This document shows positions 39,367 to 48,857 of a stretch of 64,000 nt of DNA, in pieces. The notes beneath the pieces were generated by a model. It was not told where the DNA came from, ran no database searches, and saw only the letters and a program-made list of their open reading frames with translations. Each line of letters begins with the position of its first letter. Within the stretch, counting starts at the first letter, position 1. The position numbers and the translations under genes were made by a program. The DNA comes from Candidatus Woesearchaeota archaeon (GTDB taxonomy: Archaea > Nanobdellota > Nanobdellia > Woesearchaeales > ARS49). Where the stretch lies: positions 1 to 64,000 of the forward strand of contig JAWADY010000001.1 of NCBI GenBank assembly GCA_038891615.1, in the 5' to 3' direction.

Positions 39367-39627
39367 ATGGAAAAGCTTGACCTTTACACAAGCGACCAAG
39401 AATTTGTAAAGTATTTGAACGAGCACGGCTACCACCTTGAAGATGCGTGCGGTGCAGGAGTTGTTGTTTTTTCAGTGGTTGATGAATCCCTATACAAAGT
39501 AATCGAAGAAAAAAAGTTTAGTGCCGAAATTCGCGACACCAAAGGTAGTTTTGTAAGGGTGTATAACAAAGGGAAGCCCCTTTCAGATTCGGAGCTTGAA
39601 AACAGACTTAAAGGGCTCTCAAAGTGA
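39367..39627 (+). CDS. Hypothetical protein
   Basis: GGAGGGT SD before ATG; 86 aa with globular composition. Confidence 0.65.
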   Translation: MEKLDLYTSDQEFVKYLNEHGYHLEDACGAGVVVFSVVDESLYKVIEEKKFSAEIRDTKGSFVRVYNKGKPLSDSELENRLKGLSK

Positions 39628-39752
39628 CCACTTGCGCGCGAGCTCCAAACATTAAGAAGCAACTGTTACAGAAATTTATCTTAACGCAATGTAACATTTC
39701 TAAAAAAAGTTTAAATAGATTTTAAACAATCATTGTTCTCTGTCTGAGACTT

Positions 39753-39823
39753 GCGCCTGTGGTTTAGTGGTAGCACGTGACCTTGCCAAGGTCAAGGCGC
39801 GGGTTCGATTCCCGCCAGGCGCA
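39753..39823 (+). tRNA. tRNA-Gly(GCC)
   Basis: GCGCCTG/CAGGCGC-A; TGACC-TT-GCC-AA-GGTCA. Confidence 0.95.
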
Positions 39824-39879
39824 TTCAGTAGTTAACGAGGCCAAAAGATTATTAAGCCCAAAGAGACAAATACCAAGCA

Positions 39880-40614
39880 ATGCAAGAAAAAATATTTCAC
39901 ATTCTTGTCGAGAATGATGATATTGGATGGAAGTCGATGATTTATGAGCTAATAAACTCAGAACAGCTTGATCCATGGGATATTGATATTTCAGTGCTCA
40001 CTCAAAAGTACATTGAACAAATTAAAAAATATAAAGCCCTTGATTTCAAACTTTCAGGAAAGGTGTTGCTTGCCGCCGCCATTCTGTTAAAAATAAAATC
40101 AAAAAGGCTTGTGGGTGACGACATAAACGAATTTGACAGGTTACTTGTGTCAGGAGAGCTTAACGAGGAAGCATTTTATGAACAACTTGAGGCAGAGCAG
40201 CGAGTTGTTCAGCCAGAGAGTTATGAGCTAGTGTCAAGGATGCCTCAACCAAGAAAAAGAAAAATTTCTGTTTTCGACCTTGTCAGGGCATTAGAAAAAG
40301 CGCTAGAGGTTAAGCATCGAAGGCTAATGAGATTTACTCTTCCAGAGCTTGTCATTCCTCCAAAACAAATTGACATAACGCTGGAAATCAAGAAAATTTA
40401 CAAACGAATACTTGAGGTATTTCTTCAAGGCAAGCGCGAGTTGGAGTTCAGTGAGCTATTAAACGTTGGAGACAAAAAAGAAAAAATTTACACACTCATC
40501 CCGCTGCTTCATCTTTCAAACCAACGCAAGATTGATCTTGAACAAAAAGTACCTTTTGGTGAAATTCAAATAAAGCTTGCTGGCCGGCCTGCTAGCAAGC
40601 GTAACTCAAACTAA
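39880..40614 (+). CDS. scpA: Segregation/condensation protein A (kleisin)
   Basis: LDPWDIDI, SGKVLLAAAILLKIKS, LIPLLHL, LEQKVPFGEI. Confidence 0.92.
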   Translation: MQEKIFHILVENDDIGWKSMIYELINSEQLDPWDIDISVLTQKYIEQIKKYKALDFKLSGKVLLAAAILLKIKSKRLVGDDINEFDRLLVSGELNEEAFYEQLEAEQRVVQPESYELVSRMPQPRKRKISVFDLVRALEKALEVKHRRLMRFTLPELVIPPKQIDITLEIKKIYKRILEVFLQGKRELEFSELLNVGDKKEKIYTLIPLLHLSNQRKIDLEQKVPFGEIQIKLAGRPASKRNSN

Positions 40615-40714
40615 AACGAGGTCGATTGAAAACATCCTGGAGTTCCAAAATGAGGTTATACAAATTCTCAAGTCCTGAAGAGACTACCTAAAGCAATTTC
40701 AAAGTTTGATAAAT

Positions 40715-41263
40715 ATGAAAATCAAAAATATAGATCTTAAAATTAAAATGCTTATCACTCTGACGATACTTGTTATAGCACTAAGCTCATATTTTCTTCA
40801 TCAAAAAACAAAGGTTACAAATTTCGATGAATGTATCAAGGCAGGCAATCAAATAATTGAGACTTTTCCTCGTCAATGTGTTTTCAATGGTAAAAGATTT
40901 GTAGAAGGAATTATAAGAGCCGCATTAGAAACTTCATTTCATCTTAAATTTAATAACACAGCTCTTATCGATGATAATATTAGAGTGAAATTTTTAAGAA
41001 TAGACGAAGATTCTAGGTGCCCTTCTGATGTTCTATGTCCGTGGGAAGGGCAGGCGACTATCGTTGTTAACATTATAAAAGATAACAAAAATCTTGGCAA
41101 CTTTCCTTTAACTATCAGAGCTGGAGGCGGCGAGAATCTTTCAGCCAAAGTTTTTGATGAGCTTTCTATCAGGTTGATAAAGCTGGAGCCATACCCAAGA
41201 ACCGACAAAAAAATAACACCTTCAGATTATGTAGCTACACTCATTGTTTCAAAAGAGAAATAA
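40715..41263 (+). CDS. Secreted/membrane-anchored protein with two Cys-paired domains
   Basis: N-terminal TM; NFDECIKAGNQIIETFPRQC; EDSRCPSDVLCPWEGQA. Confidence 0.75.
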   Translation: MKIKNIDLKIKMLITLTILVIALSSYFLHQKTKVTNFDECIKAGNQIIETFPRQCVFNGKRFVEGIIRAALETSFHLKFNNTALIDDNIRVKFLRIDEDSRCPSDVLCPWEGQATIVVNIIKDNKNLGNFPLTIRAGGGENLSAKVFDELSIRLIKLEPYPRTDKKITPSDYVATLIVSKEK

Positions 41264-41358
41264 TCTTTTCAAAATCTATAAAGTGTCTCACAACAGTTTT
41301 TAGTTATATCAAATTTAACGTTGATTTAATTTAATATTTGGTTAATTTCATTTTTCAT

Positions 41359-41880
41359 TTAAGAATTTATTCTTTCTGGTCTTAAATTTTTTGCAAGATT
41401 GATAAACATTTCATGCATTTTTGGACCACGTTCATAGTACTCCACAATTTTATAATCCTCTATGTATGGTTCTGGATGGTCAATATCAAAGATAGGAAAC
41501 CTAGATGAATTTTCTTTAATTGCGGATGATACAGATGCCTCTATAGCTTCCCTTGTGATTATATCTGCAATAAACACCAAAAAATCACCTCTATTTCTGT
41601 AATTCTTTTTTTCTCATATATTTTTTAATTAAAGGATGTTTGACGTATATTTCAAGTACTCCTTCTTTTTCAATAAATTCACTTATTCTTTTTGTTTCTT
41701 TTGTAGAAAAGCGAATATCTCTAAATAAGCCTGTAATTGAAGGTTCTGGAACAATAGTTATATGAATTTCTGTTGTTTTATCCTCGTATTTTGCTGTTAC
41801 AGTCGCTTTTTCCCCTATATGTTCGTTGCCTTTTACTTTTTATTGAAAACCAAATACAAGAGTTTGAGAATATTTTCCAA
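41359..41880 (-). pseudogene. Frameshifted C-terminal fragment of an unknown gene
   Basis: Open frame VKGNEHIGEKATVTAKY...EIYVKHPLIKKYMR joins NYRNRGDFLVFIADIITRE... if one A is removed from the A7 run at 41606-41612; no start; AT-rich. Confidence 0.6.
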
Positions 41881-41988
41881 AGTTAAAAAACAAAATATAA
41901 TAATATAATAGACAAATGTTATACCTTGAGGGTTCATTAAATACATTTAAATATCCCCATCCCCAACCATAATCCATATATAACCAAA

Positions 41989-42213
41989 ATGGTCAGAAAA
42001 AAGAAAGGGAGAAAGGCTAAGAGGGCTAAGAAAAAAGCCGAAAAGGTGAAGGAAGAGACACCAACAGAGCACAAGGCAAAACATAGCAAGGCGGTTGAGG
42101 CGCTTTTGAGAGAGATAGAAAAAAAGGAACAGGAAATAAAGGAAGAAGAGCTCCACGAGCTGTACCGTGAGTTGGAAGCGCCTATGGAGGAAACTGAGAT
42201 AGAAGAAGAATAG
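41989..42213 (+). CDS. Small bipolar protein (Lys-rich N-terminus, Glu-rich C-terminus)
   Basis: MVRKKKGRKAKRAKKK...EETEIEEE. Confidence 0.65.
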   Translation: MVRKKKGRKAKRAKKKAEKVKEETPTEHKAKHSKAVEALLREIEKKEQEIKEEELHELYRELEAPMEETEIEEE

Positions 42214-42237
42214 TTTCTATTTGACTTATGTTCTGTT

Positions 42238-42651
42238 CTAAGTTGCCGAATCTATTTCTTTCCGCTTTTTTACAAGCTCATTTAGCTGTTGATGTTTCTG
42301 GATTCCTTCGCTAAGCTCTTTTTTAATGTCTTTCAACTCTTCCTCATTCATTTGCATAAATCTTTGTGATTCTTCATTAGCCTTTGTTGCTTCTTTCTTG
42401 AGCTTTTCGAGTTCCTTTTTTATGTTGGTTATCTCTTCCTCAAAAGAGTTGCTCCCTTCAAGAAGTTCTTTGATAGTTTTTTCTGATTCGGCAGCTGATT
42501 CAGTGGATGGAGTCTTCTTTTTGGTTCCAAGAATTATCTCTCGCGCCCTTGCATAAGCTTCTTCGGCTGTTGCAACAATGTGAAGCTCCTTTAGGCTTTT
42601 TGCAAGGCTGCTTATGCGCTCGGCTGTTTTTGCATCTATTTCTTCTACCAT
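42238..42651 (-). CDS. Hypothetical coiled-coil protein
   Basis: MVEEIDAKTAERISSLAKSLKELHIV..EEAYARAREII followed by heptad-rich region. Confidence 0.65.
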   Translation of the reverse strand: MVEEIDAKTAERISSLAKSLKELHIVATAEEAYARAREIILGTKKKTPSTESAAESEKTIKELLEGSNSFEEEITNIKKELEKLKKEATKANEESQRFMQMNEEELKDIKKELSEGIQKHQQLNELVKKRKEIDSAT

Positions 42652-42753
42652 TTGTTTAAACTTTTCTTTTTTTCTTATTAAACTTTTCCATAACTTTTTT
42701 ATAGTCTTATTGTGCCCAAAAGGGTGAAGATAAAGGCAAAAGAGGTGGTTTTC

Positions 42754-43299
42754 ATGCCTAACATTAGGGAAAACATTCGCGTCATGAAGGACCTTTCTGA
42801 GCTCATTGTTGACCTTGCTTACAGCGCACTTTTCCTTCACGAACCAAAAATTGCAGAAGAGGTTGAAAGCCTTTACGACCAAATCAAGCTTTTGGAAAAA
42901 GAAACGCTAAAGCTTCTTTTTAGGATTAAAGGTTCTGAGGAAGAGCGCATCTACATCATAGAACTCATTGATGAGATACGAGACATAGCTGGTTGCGCAA
43001 GGCGCATTTCTTATCTTTCAAAAGGCAAGGTTGTGCCTTCAATCATTAAGGAGATATTGAAGGAAACCGATGAAAGAATTATTCTCCAAACCATTAGTGC
43101 CCGTTCAAGCTTAGCGGGGAAAAAGATTGGCGAGGCTGAAGTTAAAAAGCACACACGCGCACACATCATTGCCATAAAGCGAAAAGGAAGGTGGATATTC
43201 AAAGTAAGCAGGGAAACAAGGATTCTCCCTGGAGACCTACTGGTCGCAGTTGGTAGCAAGTTTGCCGAAGAGCCGTTAAAGCGTGCAGCAACATCTTAA
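42754..43299 (+). CDS. PhoU + TrkA-C (RCK-C) domain protein
   Basis: MKDLSELIVDLAYSAL; SSLAGKKIGE..IIAIKRKG..ILPGDLLVAVG; GAGGTG SD. Confidence 0.85.
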   Translation: MPNIRENIRVMKDLSELIVDLAYSALFLHEPKIAEEVESLYDQIKLLEKETLKLLFRIKGSEEERIYIIELIDEIRDIAGCARRISYLSKGKVVPSIIKEILKETDERIILQTISARSSLAGKKIGEAEVKKHTRAHIIAIKRKGRWIFKVSRETRILPGDLLVAVGSKFAEEPLKRAATS

Positions 43300-43309
43300 G
43301 CCTTGCTAA

Positions 43310-43855
43310 GTGGTTTTTAATCCAATGGAAAAGGCGTTCAAGGAAATTCTTGTTTCAGAATTTGTATCAATAACAGGTGGTCTTGCTGCTGGAACAATCC
43401 TCGCGCTTTTTACAGAGAAGCTCTTGCTTGTGCCAGGCCTTTTTATATTGTTGCCTGGCTTTCTTGAGATGCGAGGAAACATTGCCGGTTCGCTTTCAGC
43501 TCGCCTAAATAGCGCACTTCACATTGGTTCATTAAGGCCTGGTGAAAAAAATCCGATTCTTAGTGCGAACAATGTAGCAGCATTTGTATTGGGAATCCTC
43601 GTAAGCGCAATTTTAGGCGTTATTGCTTATCTTGCAACATTCTTCATACTTGGTGTCTCAAATCCATCAATAATTGTTGTTTCACTCATAGCTGCGGTGC
43701 TTTCTAACATTGCTATGATTTGGCTCACTACTTCAACAACCATTTGGCTTTTCAAAAAAGGGTTTGACCCAGAAAACATAATGGGCCCCTACATAACAAC
43801 CGTGGGAGACATCATTAGCATCGTTTCGCTGCTCGTGGCAATAGTTATTGTATAA
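43310..43855 (+). CDS. MgtE integral-membrane domain protein (half 1)
   Basis: PGFLEMRGNIAGSLSARL; GFDPENIMGPYITTVGD. Confidence 0.88.
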   Translation: MVFNPMEKAFKEILVSEFVSITGGLAAGTILALFTEKLLLVPGLFILLPGFLEMRGNIAGSLSARLNSALHIGSLRPGEKNPILSANNVAAFVLGILVSAILGVIAYLATFFILGVSNPSIIVVSLIAAVLSNIAMIWLTTSTTIWLFKKGFDPENIMGPYITTVGDIISIVSLLVAIVIV

Positions 43856-43897
43856 TGCTTAGATGCTTACAAATAAGTAATTCATCAAAAAAGTAAA

Positions 43898-44485
43898 ATG
43901 GTTCAACCAGAAAATTTAGGTGCTGGAAAACTTATAAGAAAGATAGTATTTGAAAGTATTGGCATTTTGGTGTTTGCTTCAATCACTAGCTCTATAGGTG
44001 GAATTGGCATAGAGTTGATAGAGCGCAAGATAATATTTTTCCTTCCGTTGCTCATAGTCATACCTGCCCTTAACGACATGATCGGTGATTTTGGAACCAT
44101 AACTGCTTCAAACTTTACCACACTTTTATACATGGGTAGAATTAATGCAAAAAATTGGAATAAGAACTTTGAATTAAGAAAGCTTTTCATTAGGATTGTA
44201 CTTACTTCTTTTCTCAGCGCGCTTTATCTTGGGGTAGGAGCCTATTTGTTAGCTATGGCAAAAGGCTTTGAGTTTGACCTTTCACTTTTTTTGAAGGTCC
44301 TCTTTACAACCGTCTCGATTACCGCAGCTCTTGTATTTATAATATTCCTTCTTTCTGTCATTGGAGGCTTTTATGTCTATAAGCAAAACCACGACCCAGA
44401 TAACTATCTCATCCCCTTGACAACAGCTATTGCAGATGTTGTGAGCATGCTTGTACTAGCGTTCATGGTTTCCTGGCTGTTCTAA
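43898..44485 (+). CDS. MgtE integral-membrane domain protein (half 2)
   Basis: PALNDMIGDFGTI; DPDNYLIPLTTAIADV. Confidence 0.85.
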   Translation: MVQPENLGAGKLIRKIVFESIGILVFASITSSIGGIGIELIERKIIFFLPLLIVIPALNDMIGDFGTITASNFTTLLYMGRINAKNWNKNFELRKLFIRIVLTSFLSALYLGVGAYLLAMAKGFEFDLSLFLKVLFTTVSITAALVFIIFLLSVIGGFYVYKQNHDPDNYLIPLTTAIADVVSMLVLAFMVSWLF

Positions 44486-44542
44486 CCAGTAAGATTTATA
44501 TACACTACAGATTAAAAAGAAGCAAAAGACGAGGTGATGTTC

Positions 44543-44722
44543 ATGCCAAAAGCACAGCCAAGCATTTCAGAGGTCCAGGACATAGAAGCTACTATTCGCG
44601 ACCTTAAAAACTGGGTATTTGTTTTTGCCAAGGAATACGACCTTCCACAAGAAGCAATCGATATGTTGCATAATAAGATAGATGAGGTTGCATCAAAGGT
44701 TGGAAGGCTTACTTGCAAGTAA
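44543..44722 (+). CDS. Small hypothetical protein
   Basis: GAGGTGA SD and TTTATATA upstream; amphipathic helices. Confidence 0.6.
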   Translation: MPKAQPSISEVQDIEATIRDLKNWVFVFAKEYDLPQEAIDMLHNKIDEVASKVGRLTCK

Positions 44723-44749
44723 GAACTCTCTATTGTTTCCAAAGAAATT

Positions 44750-45421
44750 TTACTCCGTCTTCTTTTCTAACAACTCTTCAGCCTTCCTTTTTGCTATCCT
44801 GTGGGCAAAGTGTAGCGGTTCAGGCATCTTGTGAGGAGGTCTTATGCATTTAAGAACGATTTCAACAGCGCTCTTGATAGTTATCAGATTTCCTGGACTA
44901 ACAAAGATAGGCCTTGCGTACTGCTTTGTTTGGACCACCATCCCAACGACTTCATTCTCAAGAACTATGTCCGATCCCTTCAGCTCACCAGCCACTAAGC
45001 TTTTTGCAACGCCAATGGTTGGCTTTGCCAGCTCAACGCCAATATAAGTAGCAAGTCCTGCCTTGTTTGGATGAGCTATACCATGACCATCAACAAGAAT
45101 CACATCAGGTTCATTTTCAAGGTTATAATAGCTCTCAAGAATTAGCGGACCTTCCCTGAATGCGAGCAGAGTTGGCACATAAGGCATTGGTGCTTTCTTG
45201 ACGAGCGTTCTTTTTTCAATAACCTCTAGCTGCGGGAACGACATGACAACAGAACCACAAACAAGCTGTTCTGGCTGGCCTTTCGCAGCAGGAACTGCTG
45301 CAGCATCAAATCCTGCTATCTTTTTAATCTCGCTTATATTTATTGAGTCTTCAAGAATAACCTTATTTTTTATTTCCTCTTGCAACTTCCGCAGCCTTGC
45401 AATGCCAAAATGCGCATACAT
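44750..45421 (-). CDS. nfi: Endonuclease V
   Basis: IAGFD, PYVPTLLAFREGP, LVDGHGIAHP, PTIGVAK, MPEPL. Confidence 0.93.
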   Translation of the reverse strand: MYAHFGIARLRKLQEEIKNKVILEDSINISEIKKIAGFDAAAVPAAKGQPEQLVCGSVVMSFPQLEVIEKRTLVKKAPMPYVPTLLAFREGPLILESYYNLENEPDVILVDGHGIAHPNKAGLATYIGVELAKPTIGVAKSLVAGELKGSDIVLENEVVGMVVQTKQYARPIFVSPGNLITIKSAVEIVLKCIRPPHKMPEPLHFAHRIAKRKAEELLEKKTE

Positions 45422-45496
45422 GGAGCAAAACCTCTTTTGAAAAAATTGTTTTTAGCGAATATTTAAATCTTTACACAAAGAAAATGCTTGCGAGAA

Positions 45497-46039
45497 TCAT
45501 TTCAGCTTTGTCTTAATAGCTTTTTCAGAAATTATTGCGGAGTTTCCAGTTTTGTCTTCAATTATCACCTTAATCTTTTCTTCGCCCCATAACACTCGCT
45601 GAATTTTCTTTAAGAGATTCTTTGCCTTTTTTCTTGTTTCCTCATCCTCTTCGCTATCACGCAGATGTTCTATCTGTTCTTTTATTTTTGTTATGAGCCC
45701 TTCTATGTTTGTTACATACCCTTCAGAGGCTGTTCCTGGCTTGATTTCTCCGATGTAAGGAATCTTGACTATTGCCTCGCTTGATTTTACAACCCGAACA
45801 TTAAGGTCTTCCTTTGCAGTAACTTCAAAAGTATACCTGGCTGGCTCGTGACGTTCGGCAGCCTCAACATCAGAAGTGTGATAATTGCAGTTGCTGCATG
45901 TCATTGAGAAAAGATATGTCTTTCCAAAAAAAGGAATGTCAAGTTCAACTTCTGTTAGAGTAAGGCTTTTCTTACCACACAAAGGGCAAAGGTTTCCTTT
46001 GAGAATAGCATTAATCTTGTGTCCCTGCTCTTCATTCAT
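45497..46039 (-). CDS. ZPR1 zinc-finger protein
   Basis: CPLC...DIPFFG...CSNC; DLNVRVVKS; TNIEG; IEDKTGNSAI. Confidence 0.92.
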   Translation of the reverse strand: MNEEQGHKINAILKGNLCPLCGKKSLTLTEVELDIPFFGKTYLFSMTCSNCNYHTSDVEAAERHEPARYTFEVTAKEDLNVRVVKSSEAIVKIPYIGEIKPGTASEGYVTNIEGLITKIKEQIEHLRDSEEDEETRKKAKNLLKKIQRVLWGEEKIKVIIEDKTGNSAIISEKAIKTKLK

Positions 46040-46148
46040 TAGCAAGATTCAGCCCTAACTTATTTAAAAAGTTTGCGAACGCCAAAAATAGAATCCCCTA
46101 AACCACAATCAGATTTGTAAAAGCATCAAGCATCACATAAGAGATGCC

Positions 46149-46547
46149 TTATTCTGAAACACGCTCTTCCTTTACTTCTCTTGTTTGTTTGCTTCTGTAA
46201 ATCGTAGCAAACGAAGGTGTTGCCACAATGAAGTCGTCGCCAAAACCAGCGACTTCGCCTTCCAGCGCATCTGTTGTTTTCTTTAGCTTGTTTATTGCCC
46301 TCTTTAGTTCAACAAGGTCTTTTTCTCTTAATGGCTTTATGTTTATGAGCGCAACAGTATATCCTTCACGTAAGGAATCGAGGACTGGTTTTATGTCGTC
46401 AAACTCCTCAAGAACAAAAGGTCTTATCACAATTTTGGCTTTTTCCTCACCTTCTGTGTCAACATGAACATAATCTTCTTCCTCCTCGCCTACCTCTTCA
46501 TATTTTGGCCCAATTATTTTTTCTTTTATTTGCGAAAGAAATCCCAT
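46149..46547 (-). CDS. sepF: Cell division protein SepF (archaeal)
   Basis: Amphipathic MGFLSQIKEKI; LREGYTVALINI; ELKRAINKLK; GEVAG..FIVATP. Confidence 0.85.
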   Translation of the reverse strand: MGFLSQIKEKIIGPKYEEVGEEEEDYVHVDTEGEEKAKIVIRPFVLEEFDDIKPVLDSLREGYTVALINIKPLREKDLVELKRAINKLKKTTDALEGEVAGFGDDFIVATPSFATIYRSKQTREVKEERVSE

Positions 46548-46757
46548 TTTTTTACAACCTCCTTAATCATCAACTTTTACCTTTTTTTTGTTTTTGCAAA
46601 TTACAGCCGCCCAAATATATAAATCTTATGCTTTTTGTCTGCACTCTTCAGTGGACTGAAAAGGCAGCCTGCGCAAAGGAATTTTTCCAAACACTAAGAG
46701 TTTTGACGGCGTGGCTATTAGAAATGTTTTTAAAGATGTGTCCGCAAATCTTGAGTC

Positions 46758-47030
46758 ATGAAAGGGAGAATTGATAACTTTTGCGGTGGTTTAAGGACAA
46801 GGAACAAGGGGCGACATCTAATAGTAAAACCTGAAAGCATTTCTGATAAAAACTCAGCAGCAAGCCTTGTTGGGAAGGCTGTTGTTTGGAAGAATCCTGA
46901 AGGCAAGCAGCGTAAGGAAATAAAGGGTGTTGTAAGGGCAACGCATGGAAGCAGGGGTTCTGTGAGGGTTGTTTTTGAACGTGGCCTTCCTGGGCAAGCA
47001 TTGGGGACAGAGGTTGAGATTGTAGATTAG
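46758..47030 (+). CDS. rpl35ae: 50S ribosomal protein eL33 (L35Ae)
   Basis: LVGKAVVW, GVVRATHGSRGSVR, LPGQALG. Confidence 0.92.
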   Translation: MKGRIDNFCGGLRTRNKGRHLIVKPESISDKNSAASLVGKAVVWKNPEGKQRKEIKGVVRATHGSRGSVRVVFERGLPGQALGTEVEIVD

Positions 47031-47056
47031 TGCTACTTTGTGTTTCATTTTTTTAA

Positions 47057-48820
47057 ATGGTTTTCAAAAAAGAGAAGTGGACGCTTAAGGAACTAATCCC
47101 GAGCACGAATGCGAAGGGTGTGCAAAAGGTTATTATGGCTTCTGAGGGTGTTTTAAAAAAAATTGAAGGCTATAAAAACAGCTTTACTCACTCAATCACT
47201 GAAAAAAAATTCAACGAACTTGTTGATTTGTGGGAAAGGTATCTTTTACTGGCAGCACGCGCTAGTCAGTTTGCGCAGCTGAAGTTTGCTGAAAACAGCA
47301 AAGATGCTGCTGCAGGAGCTCTTGAGGCAAAAGTGAGGCAAACCCTTTCAGAACATGACAATAGACTGTTATGGCTCAAACTTGGTTTTGCACGATTTCC
47401 AAAAAAAGACATTAACAGGTTGATTGATTCATGCCCAAATGCAGCCTATTTTCTCAAACGGCTTGTTGCCACAAAGGACTTTCTGTTAAGTGAAAAGGAG
47501 GAAAAAATAATAAATTTGAAGAATGTCAATGGAGTAAGTGCTCTTTCCACACTTTATGACATCCTCACAACAGGATTTACCTACACCTTCATGGGAAAAG
47601 AGCTCACCCAAAACGAACTTCTGAGCTATGTGCGAAGCGCCGATGCAAAGACAAGAGAACTAGCTTACGAGACGCTTCTAAAACAGTTTCAAAAGCATGA
47701 AACGGTTTTTGGAGAGCTTTATCGCGCAATTGTTTCGGATTGGTATAGTGAATACTGTGAGTTGCGAGGATATCCAACTCCTATTTCTGTCAGGAACATT
47801 GCAAATGATATTCCTGATGAGGTCGTCGAGATGTTATTATCTCTCGCAGAAAAAAACCAGGTACTCTTTCAGAGGTATTTTAAACTTAAAGCAATGGCAT
47901 TGGGGCTAAAGAAGTTGAGGCGATTTGACCTTTATGCACCAATAGGCAAACTTGACAAGAAAATAAGTTATTCAGATGCTTGCAGGCTTGTGCTGGAAGC
48001 TTTTAGGGCGTTCTCGCCAAAGTTTTATTTGGCTGCAAGAATGCTTTTTGAACGAAAACATATTCATTCAGCCATTTCAGTTGGAAAAAACCAGGGAGCC
48101 TTTTGTTCAGGAGCTGTGCCAAATGTTGGTCCTTTTGTCCTTCTTAACTTTACTGGAGATTTGAGGAGTGTTTTAACATTGGCACACGAGCTTGGTCATG
48201 CGGTTCATTACGCACTTGCGGCTGAAAAACAGTCAATTTTTCATGTGGATGCTCCTCTCCCTATTGCAGAAACAGCCTCAACCTTCTCAGAACTTCTTCT
48301 CATTGAAAGCTTGAAAAAAGAAAAACCAGAACTTGTTAAATCACTGCTTTTCCAGGAGCTTGACGAAGCATATGCCTCGATAGGAAGGCAGCTTGAGTTT
48401 GTGGCATTTGAGAAGGAAGCACATGAACTCATAAAGAATGGTGGCTCAACAGACGACCTTAAAATGCTTTATCTGAACAGACTTAGAAAGCATTTCGGTC
48501 CAAGTGTCAAAGTGCATAAGGGCTTTGAGATAGAATGGAGCTATATCTCGCACATCTTTCACACTCCGTTTTATTGTTATGCGTATGGCTTTGGCAACCT
48601 TCTCGCCTTTGCAGTTTATGCTACATACAAGCAGCAGCTAAAAAAGACTGTTGATAGATTCATAAAAATGCTTGCAGCTGGAGGCTCAAAAAGTCCTGCA
48701 GAACTTGTAGGAATGCTTGGATTCGATATAACAAAAGAAAGCTTTTGGCAAAGAGGATTTAATGTCATAAGCAGAATGATTGATGAATTGGAAGCCTACC
48801 TCAATAAAAAACAATCCTAA
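47057..48820 (+). CDS. pepF: Oligoendopeptidase F (M3B)
   Basis: GAFC, TLAHELGHAVH, AETASTFSE, HIFHTPFYCYAY. Confidence 0.92.
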   Translation: MVFKKEKWTLKELIPSTNAKGVQKVIMASEGVLKKIEGYKNSFTHSITEKKFNELVDLWERYLLLAARASQFAQLKFAENSKDAAAGALEAKVRQTLSEHDNRLLWLKLGFARFPKKDINRLIDSCPNAAYFLKRLVATKDFLLSEKEEKIINLKNVNGVSALSTLYDILTTGFTYTFMGKELTQNELLSYVRSADAKTRELAYETLLKQFQKHETVFGELYRAIVSDWYSEYCELRGYPTPISVRNIANDIPDEVVEMLLSLAEKNQVLFQRYFKLKAMALGLKKLRRFDLYAPIGKLDKKISYSDACRLVLEAFRAFSPKFYLAARMLFERKHIHSAISVGKNQGAFCSGAVPNVGPFVLLNFTGDLRSVLTLAHELGHAVHYALAAEKQSIFHVDAPLPIAETASTFSELLLIESLKKEKPELVKSLLFQELDEAYASIGRQLEFVAFEKEAHELIKNGGSTDDLKMLYLNRLRKHFGPSVKVHKGFEIEWSYISHIFHTPFYCYAYGFGNLLAFAVYATYKQQLKKTVDRFIKMLAAGGSKSPAELVGMLGFDITKESFWQRGFNVISRMIDELEAYLNKKQS

Positions 48821-48857
48821 CAGCTACTCTCCTTTTTCATTTTTTGCCAGGCTTCAG

